Shown: piece by piece, positions 9,189 to 18,466 of the stretch
Position numbering within the stretch: the first letter of the stretch is position 1
Layout: each line of letters starts with the position of its first letter
Origin: Candidatus Woesearchaeota archaeon
Lineage (GTDB): Archaea > Nanobdellota > Nanobdellia > Woesearchaeales > SKGA01
Length of the DNA stretch: 36,614 nucleotides
Assembly: GCA_050187915.1 (NCBI GenBank)
Contig: JBFXLI010000003.1
Coordinates: 30,914 to 67,527, forward strand
Reading direction: 5' to 3'
Program-made: the position numbers and the translations under genes
The notes under the pieces: generated by a model
Seen by the model: the letters and a program-made list of their open reading frames with translations, nothing else
Told to the model about the DNA's origin: nothing
Databases searched by the model: none

Positions 9189-10244
9189 TTATTTATTTAA
9201 ATGCATTAATCTACCATCCACTTTAAAAATTGGATCTCTAAATACTTGATCTAAATGTATTATTGATTTTATGTCTCCACCAAACCATGAATTTGAACCT
9301 ATTGCTACATGTGCTGTTTGTTTTGCTTTTTCATCTATTATTGTTGAACCTATTATTTTTGCTTTGTCGTTTAATCCTATTCCAAGTTCACTAATTTTTC
9401 TTGTTGTTTCTGGTTGTTTTGAATTTTTATTTGCCCAAATTAAACTTTGTTGAAGTTGTCTTGATTCTATTGAATTGTTCATTGAAGTTATTAGACTTTT
9501 TTTAATTTCCATTTTTACTATATCTTTACAAAGTATTGTTTTATTTAATGTTCTTATACTTCCATCTATAACTACTGTTCCATTTACTGAATTTGGTGCT
9601 GGTGGAATATATGTTTCTGCAGGAATTGAGTTTCCTCCTGTTCCTGGTTCTGTATATACTCCTGTTGCTATAAGTGCTTTCATATTTTGTATTCCTATTT
9701 CTAAATCTGTGCCTTTTTTAGTTAAGATATTTACTTTTGATGCGTTATCTAATATTTTTTTAACTTTTAGTGCTTCTTTGTGTATTTTTAATGCATTCAC
9801 ATCTAAACTTGAAACTATATTTGGAAAAAGAGTAGTTGGAATCATTCCTAAACTTGCTGCAGAAATAAATCTATGTTGTCTTAGTTTACAAAATGTTCTA
9901 AAACTTTTTCCTAAATACATTAATTGTCCTACACGATTTGATACATTTACTACAACTACACTTTTTGGGGGAAGATTTTTCAATTCTCTTAGCATTACAA
10001 TATCTGAATCTTCGTTTCTTGCTTTTGTGTTTTGATAAATTGTACTATTGCTTATTCCTAAATTATTTGCAGCTATTGAAAATGCATTTGTCATTATTGG
10101 TGCTATTAAATGTGTTGTTCCATATCCTTTGTCGCCAATAAATAGAACTTTTTCATCTTTTACAGCTAAGTTTTCCTTTAATATTCTTTCAAATAACTTT
10201 ATAGGTATTTTTTCCTGAAATTTAGATAAATTGAACTTAAACAT
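9189..10244 (-). CDS. M29-family (AmpS-like) aminopeptidase
   Basis: GTDL, N.IPAETYIPP, NGTVVIDGS, ELGIG, DEK...HVAIG and HLD motifs. Confidence 0.8.
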   Translation of the reverse strand: MFKFNLSKFQEKIPIKLFERILKENLAVKDEKVLFIGDKGYGTTHLIAPIMTNAFSIAANNLGISNSTIYQNTKARNEDSDIVMLRELKNLPPKSVVVVNVSNRVGQLMYLGKSFRTFCKLRQHRFISAASLGMIPTTLFPNIVSSLDVNALKIHKEALKVKKILDNASKVNILTKKGTDLEIGIQNMKALIATGVYTEPGTGGNSIPAETYIPPAPNSVNGTVVIDGSIRTLNKTILCKDIVKMEIKKSLITSMNNSIESRQLQQSLIWANKNSKQPETTRKISELGIGLNDKAKIIGSTIIDEKAKQTAHVAIGSNSWFGGDIKSIIHLDQVFRDPIFKVDGRLMHLNK

Positions 10245-10330
10245 AGCCTTAACCTTGTTGATATTGCAATTTCAACATAAGTAATATTTATAAATGTTGT
10301 TTTGTTCCGGACAAACTAGGTGAATATTAT

Positions 10331-10540
10331 ATGGTTGATTTTAATAAATTAGCGCCAAGAGCAAAAAAGTATGTTTCAAAGTTAAGAGGAAGAGTAAGAG
10401 CTAACAGAGCTAAGACTTTTAAAACTGAAGAAGCAGCTAAAAAATGGGCAGAAGAACAAGGTTTTAAAGATTATAAACTTGAAAATTTAAAAAGTACTGA
10501 ATCTACAACTAAAAAATTAAGAGTTATAGTGGAAGTTTAA
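10331..10540 (+). CDS. Small basic hypothetical protein
   Basis: AGGTGA SD, upstream TATA, Lys/Arg-rich with KTFKTEEAAKKWA; T-rich tract downstream. Confidence 0.7.
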   Translation: MVDFNKLAPRAKKYVSKLRGRVRANRAKTFKTEEAAKKWAEEQGFKDYKLENLKSTESTTKKLRVIVEV

Positions 10541-10681
10541 TTTTTAATACTATTTTTTTATTTTTTAAAAATTTATTTTTCAAATTCTTAAGACACATTT
10601 TAAATGAAACTAGTTATTTCAATAAATCTAACGAAATTTCTTTAGTTAAATATATAAAACAATTAAGTTTCAAAAAAGATT

Positions 10682-11734
10682 ATGGGATTGTTCGACGATG
10701 TACTTAGAGGTAATCAAACCTTAATAAAAAATGAAGAAGCTTTATCTTATGATTTTCTTCCAAAATTAATTCCTTATAGAGAAAATGAGCAAAAATATTT
10801 AGCTACTTGTATTAAGCCATTATTTAATAGTCGAAATGGAAGAAATTTATTAATCTATGGTGCTCCAGGTATTGGAAAATCTGCTGCTGTTCGTTCAGTT
10901 TTAAGGGAACTTGAAGAACAAGGTGATGAAGTTATTCCTATTTATGTAAATTGTTGGAGTTATAATACCAGTTTTAAAATAATGATGGAAATTTGTGAAG
11001 AAATTGGATATAAATTTACTCAAAATAAAAAAGGTCCTGAACTTCAAAAAATTATTCTTAATCATTTGAAAAATAAATCTGTTGTTTTTGTTTTTGATGA
11101 AATTGACAAAGCAGAAGATTTAGATTTTATGTATTTTATACTTGAAAATATTCAACAAAAATGTATTTTTTTAATTACAAATTATAAATCTTGGCTTCTT
11201 AATTTAGATGAAAGAATTAGAAGTAGATTAATGCCTGAGTTAGTTGAATTTAAACAATATAATTTAAGTGAAACAAGAGGTATTTTAAAGGAAAGATTAA
11301 ATTATGCTTTTGTTGATAATTGTTTAGAAGATAAAAGTTTTGAGATTGTTGTGAAAAAAACTTTTGACATTAAAGATATTAGAGCTGGTTTGTTTTTGTT
11401 TAAAGAAAGTGCTATGCTTGCCGAAGAAAAATCTCATAAAAAAATTTCTGAAGAAAATGTACTTGAAGCTATAAAAAAATTAAATAATTTTTCAATTAAA
11501 AATGAAGAAGAATTAAGTGAAGAAGAAAAATTTATTCTTGATGTTGTGAAAAAAAATAGTGGAGAAAAAATTGGAGATTTATTTAAAAAATATGAAGAAA
11601 ATGGTGGAAAACAATCATATAAAACTTTTCAAAGAAAAATTGCAAAACTTGATGAAGGTAAATATTTGAAAGCAACTTCTCAAAAAGGAGTTGGTGGAAA
11701 TACAACTATTGTTGAAAGAAGGTTAATTGAATAA
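10682..11734 (+). CDS. cdc6: Cdc6/Orc1-family AAA+ ATPase with C-terminal wHTH
   Basis: L.YDFLP..IPYRE, Walker A GAPGIGKS, YVNCW, Walker B VFDEID, RIRSRL. Confidence 0.85.
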   Translation: MGLFDDVLRGNQTLIKNEEALSYDFLPKLIPYRENEQKYLATCIKPLFNSRNGRNLLIYGAPGIGKSAAVRSVLRELEEQGDEVIPIYVNCWSYNTSFKIMMEICEEIGYKFTQNKKGPELQKIILNHLKNKSVVFVFDEIDKAEDLDFMYFILENIQQKCIFLITNYKSWLLNLDERIRSRLMPELVEFKQYNLSETRGILKERLNYAFVDNCLEDKSFEIVVKKTFDIKDIRAGLFLFKESAMLAEEKSHKKISEENVLEAIKKLNNFSIKNEEELSEEEKFILDVVKKNSGEKIGDLFKKYEENGGKQSYKTFQRKIAKLDEGKYLKATSQKGVGGNTTIVERRLIE

Positions 11735-11735
11735 A

Positions 11736-12320
11736 ATGGAACATGTTGTACTTGATATTGAAACTACTGGACTTTCTAGATATACAAATAGAATAACTGA
11801 AATTGCAGCAATTAAATTAAAAAACGATAAAATTGTTGATAAGTTTCATTCTTTAATTAATCCTGAACAACATATTCCTAGATTTATAACAAGACTTACT
11901 GGAATTGATGATAATATGGTAGAAGATGCGCCTAAAATTAAAGAAGTTTTACCTAATTTTAAACCATTTTTATCAGATTACCCTATTGTTGCTCACAATG
12001 CAGGATTTGATTTTGGTTTTTTAGAACACAATTTTCAAAGACATTTAAATCATCAATTAAATAATAAATTAATTTGTACTATGCGATTAGCAAATAGAAT
12101 TCCTATTGATTTCAAAAATAAAAAATTACAAACTTTGTGTGATTATTTTAGAATAAAAAATGAAAGTCAACACAGAGCTATGGGAGATGCTATGGCAACA
12201 GTTTTACTTTTACAAAATTTTAAAAATATTTTAGCTAAAAATAATATTTCTACGATTGAAGACATTCATAAATTTTCAATTAAATCTGCACAAAAATGTA
12301 GAAGTGAAATTAGATTATAA
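11736..12320 (+). CDS. DEDDh 3'-5' exonuclease (DnaQ/PolC exonuclease-like)
   Basis: LDIETTG, AHNAGFD and HRAMGDA motifs; ATG 1 nt after the cdc6 stop. Confidence 0.9.
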   Translation: MEHVVLDIETTGLSRYTNRITEIAAIKLKNDKIVDKFHSLINPEQHIPRFITRLTGIDDNMVEDAPKIKEVLPNFKPFLSDYPIVAHNAGFDFGFLEHNFQRHLNHQLNNKLICTMRLANRIPIDFKNKKLQTLCDYFRIKNESQHRAMGDAMATVLLLQNFKNILAKNNISTIEDIHKFSIKSAQKCRSEIRL

Positions 12321-12377
12321 AATAAAGTTTAAAAATAAACTTATTAGTTATTAATTATTAATCAATAATTTAAATTA

Positions 12378-13580
12378 TTATATTACTTTTTTCTTTTTTA
12401 AGAACATTATTAATGCTACATTAAAGATAATTATTATTATTAAGAATATTATTATTATTGAAAGTAATGATGAATTCATTAGTGAAGTTTTTTGTTTTGC
12501 ACCTATTACTTGTCCGCTTGCTTTTTGAACAAATAAATCATCTATTCCTAATGTTGCTACAAATGATTCTTGGAATGAACCTTTATTATCAAAATAAGTT
12601 ATAACTTTTAATAAATAATTTCCAACATCTAAGTCTTTTGTTTCCCAATAAGCTGTAACTTCTCTTATTTCTTCTGCAGGTATTTCTTGTGAAGCTGACT
12701 TAAAATTTTGAAGTGAATTATTCAACTCATCAAATACTTCTATTCTTACATAAACATCTTTAAAATCTCTGTTCCAATTATTCTTCAAAATTATTGCTAT
12801 TGGAGAAACTTTTCCTAAAACAAATTTATCTGCTTTTATTTCTAAAACACTAACTGTTGGATTTCCAACATAAAATTGTTTATATAAATTATTTATTTTA
12901 TCTCCACAATGAACTTGTGCATAAGCATCGAATAACCCTGCATTTGAATTTTTATCCCATGTTGCAGTTATTTTTGTAGCTTCTCCTTGTGCCACCATAA
13001 TTTTATTTGTTACAATTGTATCAAGAGTTTCATTTTTAGGATTTTTAATATCTATTGTTGCATGACAATATGCTGGAATATCTCCTCTTCCGTATAAACT
13101 AACTGTAAATTCCATTGGTTTAGAAACTTCACCATGTTTTATTTCTAATTCTGATTCAACATATATTCCTGTGTAAGGAGCATAAACAATTATCTGACTC
13201 ACAAGAACATTTGTTGCTGTTGCTGTTGCTGTTGAACCTATACTTTGTTCAATTAATTTTACTTGTAATATATTTTGTCCTGGTGGGAGAGTTTCTGGTA
13301 AATTTAATTCGACGTTAAAAGATTTTTTTCTTTCTCCAACTTGCATATTTATGAATTTCTGATTTAATTTAGCATATTGTGCTAAGTCTCCATCTAATTC
13401 AAGAGAAAAATAAATTGGTTTTTCTCCTGTACTCAAAGCAAAAAATTCAAAATTTTGTTTTAAGTTGGATTCAAAATTAAGAGTTGTTTTAGCGGGTGCA
13501 ATTCCATAAGCAGATGTTAACATAGGTAAAACTAAAAACATTAAAAGACAAATTGTTGTTATTAATATTTTTTTATTCAT
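12378..13580 (-). CDS. Secreted beta-sandwich protein with C-terminal membrane anchor
   Basis: Signal peptide, GIAPA start of the mature region, beta-rich repeats, C-terminal TM helix followed by KKKK. Confidence 0.7.
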   Translation of the reverse strand: MNKKILITTICLLMFLVLPMLTSAYGIAPAKTTLNFESNLKQNFEFFALSTGEKPIYFSLELDGDLAQYAKLNQKFINMQVGERKKSFNVELNLPETLPPGQNILQVKLIEQSIGSTATATATNVLVSQIIVYAPYTGIYVESELEIKHGEVSKPMEFTVSLYGRGDIPAYCHATIDIKNPKNETLDTIVTNKIMVAQGEATKITATWDKNSNAGLFDAYAQVHCGDKINNLYKQFYVGNPTVSVLEIKADKFVLGKVSPIAIILKNNWNRDFKDVYVRIEVFDELNNSLQNFKSASQEIPAEEIREVTAYWETKDLDVGNYLLKVITYFDNKGSFQESFVATLGIDDLFVQKASGQVIGAKQKTSLMNSSLLSIIIIFLIIIIIFNVALIMFLKKKKVI

Positions 13581-13590
13581 CGTTTTACCT

Positions 13591-15174
13591 TTATGATTTC
13601 ATCCAATAAAATGTAAGTGTTGTTGACTTTTGTCCTGGTGTTTCTATATCTGGAACTTTTATTCTCAAATCCATTAATGATTTATTTGAGTCTTCATGAT
13701 AATCAAATTCTCTAACTAAATCTTCTAAATAATATCCATTTGTTACATTAAACCAATTTGTTTTTGTTTCAAGAATGTTATATGGTTCTAATGATGTGTT
13801 ATAATTTGCTTTTGCTTGAACATAATCATTTTCTGTTGTTGCGTTGTTTCCTAATGGAACTGTTGCCCATAAATCATCTCCTGTTATGTTAAATAAATCT
13901 GCTTTTACATTTCCATAATTTTCAAATTCAAATGGATTAAATTCTTCACCAGTTGTATCATAAATTTGATTTGGTTCTACATTTCCAAAATCTATTTGGT
14001 CATTTGTAAGTTCTACCCATAATACACTTAAAATACTAAAATTCCAAAGTGTTGTCCAATCACTACATTCATTATATTCATCACATGCTTGAATCTTCCA
14101 ATAATAAGGTTTATTTCCACATTCATCTATTGTTAATAATTCTACTAAATCTATATAAGATGTATTTGTTGTGTTTTCATAAAATCCTGGTTTGTTTTCA
14201 TTTGTTAAATTTATGACATAAGTTATTACATCATTATCTATATCTGTTGATTCTATCCATGAAAAATTAACCATTCTATCTGTTAATGAATTGTCTCCAT
14301 CAGTAGGAGCAATTCTAACAGGAATTGATGGTGCTGTATTTGTGATTGTTGCGTTGTTTGAATAATTTATATTTCCATATTGGTATGAATCATAAGGAGT
14401 TACAGCACATGTCCAATTTTCAAAATGTGTTGTGTTTGTTGAACCTAAAGTCACATATGTTTGTGTTCCATTTGTTACGGCTTTTTGTCCTGATAAACTT
14501 GGTTGTATTATATTATTTTTGTACCAAGAATAATTTGCTTTTAATACATCTCCTACATCAACATCTTCAATTGTAAAATAACAATTTAAATCAGTTGTTG
14601 TGTTTGCGCTTGTTGGTGTTAATTCTATTTGAGTAACTTCTGGTAAATTATTCGAAAAAGTTATATTTGTACAAACTTGTGTTGTATAATATGAACATTC
14701 TGCTACGTGTGCGTTTGTATAATTCGATATTGAAACTAAACAAGTTTCTCCAGAAATGCAAGAATCTCTGTAATTTACTTCTAATTCGTATTTAGGAACA
14801 GCAATACAAGAATTGTAAGTATAATTTCCAATTGTATTGTTTTGAACATGAGAATTTGTTGGTGTAGAAAGACTAAGAAAAATTTCTGAATCAAGTGCAT
14901 CACAACTTGAATTAACTTGTTTTTGTTGTGCATCTGCATCGCAACATAAAACATAGGGATAGTCTGATGAATAATTTGCTAAAGCTACGTGTGCATTATT
15001 ATATCCTGCTGTATCGTTTTTTAAATATAATAAAATTTGATCTGTACAAGTTGTATTTGTTGTGATTGAACAAGATAATGAATTTATTTGCGGTGCTAAA
15101 ACTACTGTAAATGTAAATGTGATTAATAATATCAATACTAATTTAAGTAAATTCTTCTGCAATTTACACCACAA
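13591..15174 (-). CDS. Secreted cell-surface glycoprotein (N-x-H-V Cys repeats, Ig/FN3-like domains)
   Basis: Signal peptide, many N-x-S/T sequons, YSWYKN...WTC.VTP.D and YYWKI.A.D Ig/FN3-like motifs. The true start may be TTG 15162. Confidence 0.7.
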   Translation of the reverse strand: MWCKLQKNLLKLVLILLITFTFTVVLAPQINSLSCSITTNTTCTDQILLYLKNDTAGYNNAHVALANYSSDYPYVLCCDADAQQKQVNSSCDALDSEIFLSLSTPTNSHVQNNTIGNYTYNSCIAVPKYELEVNYRDSCISGETCLVSISNYTNAHVAECSYYTTQVCTNITFSNNLPEVTQIELTPTSANTTTDLNCYFTIEDVDVGDVLKANYSWYKNNIIQPSLSGQKAVTNGTQTYVTLGSTNTTHFENWTCAVTPYDSYQYGNINYSNNATITNTAPSIPVRIAPTDGDNSLTDRMVNFSWIESTDIDNDVITYVINLTNENKPGFYENTTNTSYIDLVELLTIDECGNKPYYWKIQACDEYNECSDWTTLWNFSILSVLWVELTNDQIDFGNVEPNQIYDTTGEEFNPFEFENYGNVKADLFNITGDDLWATVPLGNNATTENDYVQAKANYNTSLEPYNILETKTNWFNVTNGYYLEDLVREFDYHEDSNKSLMDLRIKVPDIETPGQKSTTLTFYWMKS

Positions 15175-15245
15175 CCCTATTCATTTTAGAAATTTGATTA
15201 TTTATATACTTAACGTATGTACAATGTAATATTTTGTAGAACAGT

Positions 15246-15322
15246 AAAAGAAAAGAGGACAACAATTGTTGTCCTCAACAACCCCCCATAGGTTTTCAAT
15301 GGAAAATTTCAATTGAACAATG
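15246..15322 (-). ncRNA. Candidate small non-coding RNA with G6 tract and terminal hairpin
   Basis: BRE/TATA at 15338-15353 on the minus strand with no ORF downstream; perfect 22-bp palindrome 15255-15276 followed by TTTTCTTTT. Confidence 0.5.
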
Positions 15323-15477
15323 AATTATTAAATATCTTATTTATAAATGTTTCTAAATTATAATTTTGATAAAGTAGCCATAAATAAAGGAAATTGTGGT
15401 TTTTTGTATCTTAGTTTAGAGTATAAATTTTAAGAAGAATTGAAAAATATATAAAGAAAATGAAAATCACTTAATTT

Positions 15478-16128
15478 ATGAAACATGAAAAAAAATTAAT
15501 ATTTACAAAAGATTTGAAAGTTGATTTTTTATTAGCTATATTTGTTATGTGTTTAATTTTAGCAAATATTTTAGGTACTAAAATTATTGATTTATTTGGA
15601 ATTCGTGTTTCTTTTGGAATCTTTTTTGTTCCTGTTATGTTTTTAGTTACAGATATTATTGCAGAAGTTTATGGAAAGAAAAAAGCAACAAGTTTTGTAT
15701 ATATTGGAATTTTTGTTATGGTTGTTTCTTTAATTATGATTTATTTTTCTATAATTGCACCTGCTAACATTACTTGGGGTAATCAAGAAGCTTATTCAAA
15801 TATATTTAGTGCTACTTTGAGAATGACTTTTGCATCCATTATTGCTTTTATGATTAGTCAATTACATGATGTTTGGAGTTTTGATTTTATTAAGAAAAAA
15901 ACAAAAGATAAATATTTGTGGTTAAGAAATAATGTTTCTACAATTGTTAGTCAATTTATTGATACAACAATATTTATGTTTATTGCGTTTTATAATATTA
16001 GTCCAAAGTTTAGTGTTGGTTTTATTTTTAGTTTAATAATTCCTTATTGGATATTCAAGATTATTTTTGCTATTTTAGATACTCCTTTGGTTTATCTTGG
16101 AGTTTGGTGGTTAAAAAAAGAAGATTAA
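15478..16128 (+). CDS. yhhQ: Queuosine-precursor (preQ0/preQ1) transporter, YhhQ/DUF165 family
   Basis: ANILG.K, FLVTDIIAEVYG, SQLHDV, LWLRNNVST.VSQFIDT and DTP motifs; multiple TM helices. Confidence 0.85.
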   Translation: MKHEKKLIFTKDLKVDFLLAIFVMCLILANILGTKIIDLFGIRVSFGIFFVPVMFLVTDIIAEVYGKKKATSFVYIGIFVMVVSLIMIYFSIIAPANITWGNQEAYSNIFSATLRMTFASIIAFMISQLHDVWSFDFIKKKTKDKYLWLRNNVSTIVSQFIDTTIFMFIAFYNISPKFSVGFIFSLIIPYWIFKIIFAILDTPLVYLGVWWLKKED

Positions 16129-16137
16129 TTTTAAAAT

Positions 16138-17490
16138 TTATTTTTCTTGTAATATTCCATAACCAATTAATCTGAATCTGTTTCCAAGTTTTCTAGAAAT
16201 AGTTACTTTGTCTTCAACTGCTGCACAAATTGGAATTCTTAAATTTAATGTTGCAATTCCTTTTCCTAAATGAGTTATCATACCAACAGTTTTTGCACTA
16301 TTTACATTTAACAAAAGAACTTCTCCTTTAATTAAAGGATTTATTTTAAAATCTTCACCAACACTTTGAATTCTTTCTAAAAGTTCAACTTTTAAATCTA
16401 TGTCGTTCCAAATTGGAGGTAAAGTATCTTTATGTCCTACAATACAACCTGTTAATTGATCTCCTTTTACAATTGATGGATCTAATGAAGTTAATAATGC
16501 AACACTACCACCTGGATGAAGCTCATCTACAAATTTTCCGCCGGTTTGCATACCTATTATTTTTGTAAATATTGGTTTTGCTACAAGTTTATTTGCTTCT
16601 TCAACAATCCTTCCTGGACGAATTTCAATTTCATCATTTATTTTAAAATTTCCAGAAATTATGCTTCCTCCTAAGATTCCACCAATTAATTTATTTGGTG
16701 GTGCTCCTGGTTTATTTACATCAAATGTTCTTGCAACAAACATCATAGGATTAGCATCAGGATTTCTTTTTGGAGTTGGAATATAAGTTTCTATAGCATC
16801 AATTAATAAATCTATATTAACGCCTTGTTTTGCACTTATTGGAATTATTGGAGCATCTTTGAATGAACTTTTTTCTAATAATGTTTTTATTTCATTATAA
16901 TTTCTTAATGCTCTTTCTTCGGATACAACATCAATTTTATTTTGTACGACAACTATGTTTTTTATTCCACTTAATTCAAGTGCCATTAAATGTTCTTGTG
17001 TTTGTGGTTGTGGACAAATTTCATTTGCTGCAACTAATAATAATGCTCCGTCCATAATTCTAGCTCCTGAAAGCATTGTTGCCATTAAACTTTCATGTCC
17101 AGGTGCATCAACAAAAGAAACTTTTCTTACAGGAATTGTTTCATTTCCAGAAACTGGATGTTTTTCTTTTGTAGTATAACAAAATGGAATTTCCATATTT
17201 GGATCTTTTCTAAAAGTAGTATCTGCATAACCTAATCTTATTGTAATTCCTCTTTTAATTTCTTCAGAATGAGTATCTGTCCATTTTCCAGATAATTGTT
17301 GTGTTAAAGTTGTTTTTCCATGATCTACATGTCCAACTAAACCTATATTTATTAATGGTTGAATTTCAATTTCTGTAGTTAAAGTATTTGTTTCTTTTTC
17401 TTTAGTTTTAGTAGTTGTAGACTTTTTTCTAGTAGCTTTAACTTTAGTTTCTTTTGGTTCTGCTGATTTTTTAGTTGTTTTAGCTGGCAT
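16138..17490 (-). CDS. eif2g: Translation initiation factor aIF2 subunit gamma
   Basis: QP.INIGLVGHVDHGKTTL, HSEEIKRGITIRLGY, DAPGHE, QPQTQEH, NKID motifs. Confidence 0.97.
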   Translation of the reverse strand: MPAKTTKKSAEPKETKVKATRKKSTTTKTKEKETNTLTTEIEIQPLINIGLVGHVDHGKTTLTQQLSGKWTDTHSEEIKRGITIRLGYADTTFRKDPNMEIPFCYTTKEKHPVSGNETIPVRKVSFVDAPGHESLMATMLSGARIMDGALLLVAANEICPQPQTQEHLMALELSGIKNIVVVQNKIDVVSEERALRNYNEIKTLLEKSSFKDAPIIPISAKQGVNIDLLIDAIETYIPTPKRNPDANPMMFVARTFDVNKPGAPPNKLIGGILGGSIISGNFKINDEIEIRPGRIVEEANKLVAKPIFTKIIGMQTGGKFVDELHPGGSVALLTSLDPSIVKGDQLTGCIVGHKDTLPPIWNDIDLKVELLERIQSVGEDFKINPLIKGEVLLLNVNSAKTVGMITHLGKGIATLNLRIPICAAVEDKVTISRKLGNRFRLIGYGILQEK

Positions 17491-17612
17491 TTTATAATTT
17501 CAAGAACAATCAAGTGATTTATAAACTTAACTTAACAAAATTATCTTAACAAATAAAATAAGTTAAAATTATAAGAAAGCTTTATAAAGAAAATATAACT
17601 TCTGAGCATTCT

Positions 17613-17786
17613 ATGACACAAACAAAAAAATGTACATCCTGTAATGTGCCTTTAACTAATGATCAAGGTTCTACTTCATTCAAATGCCCAGGTTGTGGCA
17701 AAGAAGAAATTGTTAGATGTAGAAAATGTAGAGAAATTGTAGTAAAATACACATGTCCACAATGCGGATTTGTTGGACCTAATTAA
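17613..17786 (+). CDS. DUF1610 double zinc-ribbon protein (57 aa, absent from the ORF track)
   Basis: Translates as MTQTKKCTSC...FKCPGCG...RCRKCR...YTCPQCGFVGPN; its usual archaeal position is directly before EF-1beta. Confidence 0.92.
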   Translation: MTQTKKCTSCNVPLTNDQGSTSFKCPGCGKEEIVRCRKCREIVVKYTCPQCGFVGPN

Positions 17787-17813
17787 TTTGATTTTAGTTC
17801 TGAGGTGAATAAT

Positions 17814-18095
17814 ATGGCTAACGCAATTATAACATTTGAAATTATGCCTGAATCTCCAGATGTAAATATAGAAAGTTTAAAAGATAAACTTTTAGATATT
17901 GCAAAAACTGCTGGTGCTAAAGGTGAAATGCAAAGTAAAGTAGAACCTATTGCTTTTGGTTTAAAAAAATTAATCATATATGCAATGTATGAAGTTTCTG
18001 ATAACAAAGATTTTGATGCTATTTGTGATGAAATGGCAAAAATTGAAGGTATAGGAAACGCAAAAATTGCTAATATGGATTTAGCAATGGGTTAA
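17814..18095 (+). CDS. ef1b: Elongation factor aEF-1 beta
   Basis: IMPESPDV and EPIAFGLKKL motifs; GAGGTG SD 6 nt before ATG 17814. Confidence 0.95.
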   Translation: MANAIITFEIMPESPDVNIESLKDKLLDIAKTAGAKGEMQSKVEPIAFGLKKLIIYAMYEVSDNKDFDAICDEMAKIEGIGNAKIANMDLAMG

Positions 18096-18129
18096 ATTTT
18101 TTATTTTAATTTTTTATAAAATAATCAAT

Positions 18130-18465
18130 TCAAAAGAAAGTTACTCTTTTTCTATCTATTTCAGCTAAAATTAATTTAATAGTTTGTTTATATTTTAATG
18201 CTGTTTCAGAATCAATTTTATTAATTTGTTCCATATGATAAGTCATATGTTCAACTTTTTTAACACTTCTGTATAAATCTTCTAATTTTTCTAATTTTTG
18301 TTTTTTAGTTCTTAATTTATTTATTTTTACTTTGTTTTTCAATGAAACTTTATCTAATTTATTAGGAGTTACTTTTCGTTTTTTTTCTTTTAAAGAAAAT
18401 TTATCTAACTTGTACGCAGAATTAACTAAATTTGCAAATAAATAATTTTTCAACGCAGGTATCAT
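18130..18465 (-). CDS. Basic hypothetical protein
   Basis: 111-aa ORF starting 1 nt after the stop of the upstream gene; no motif recognised. Confidence 0.6.
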   Translation of the reverse strand: MIPALKNYLFANLVNSAYKLDKFSLKEKKRKVTPNKLDKVSLKNKVKINKLRTKKQKLEKLEDLYRSVKKVEHMTYHMEQINKIDSETALKYKQTIKLILAEIDRKRVTFF

Positions 18466-18466
18466 T

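Noticed and set aside
8375-10141. ORFs 8375-8620, 8845-9057, 9271-9453, 9475-10035 and 9938-10141
   Set aside because: Antisense or off-frame shadows of well-supported genes, with no motifs.
10541-10681. Origin recognition boxes directly upstream of cdc6
   Set aside because: Only weak ...GAAA matches in AT-rich DNA, with no G-string or convincing repeat.
15361-15477. Possible preQ1 riboswitch upstream of the YhhQ-like gene
   Set aside because: The TATA is ~25 nt before the ATG (leaderless), and no preQ1 stem or loop consensus is visible.
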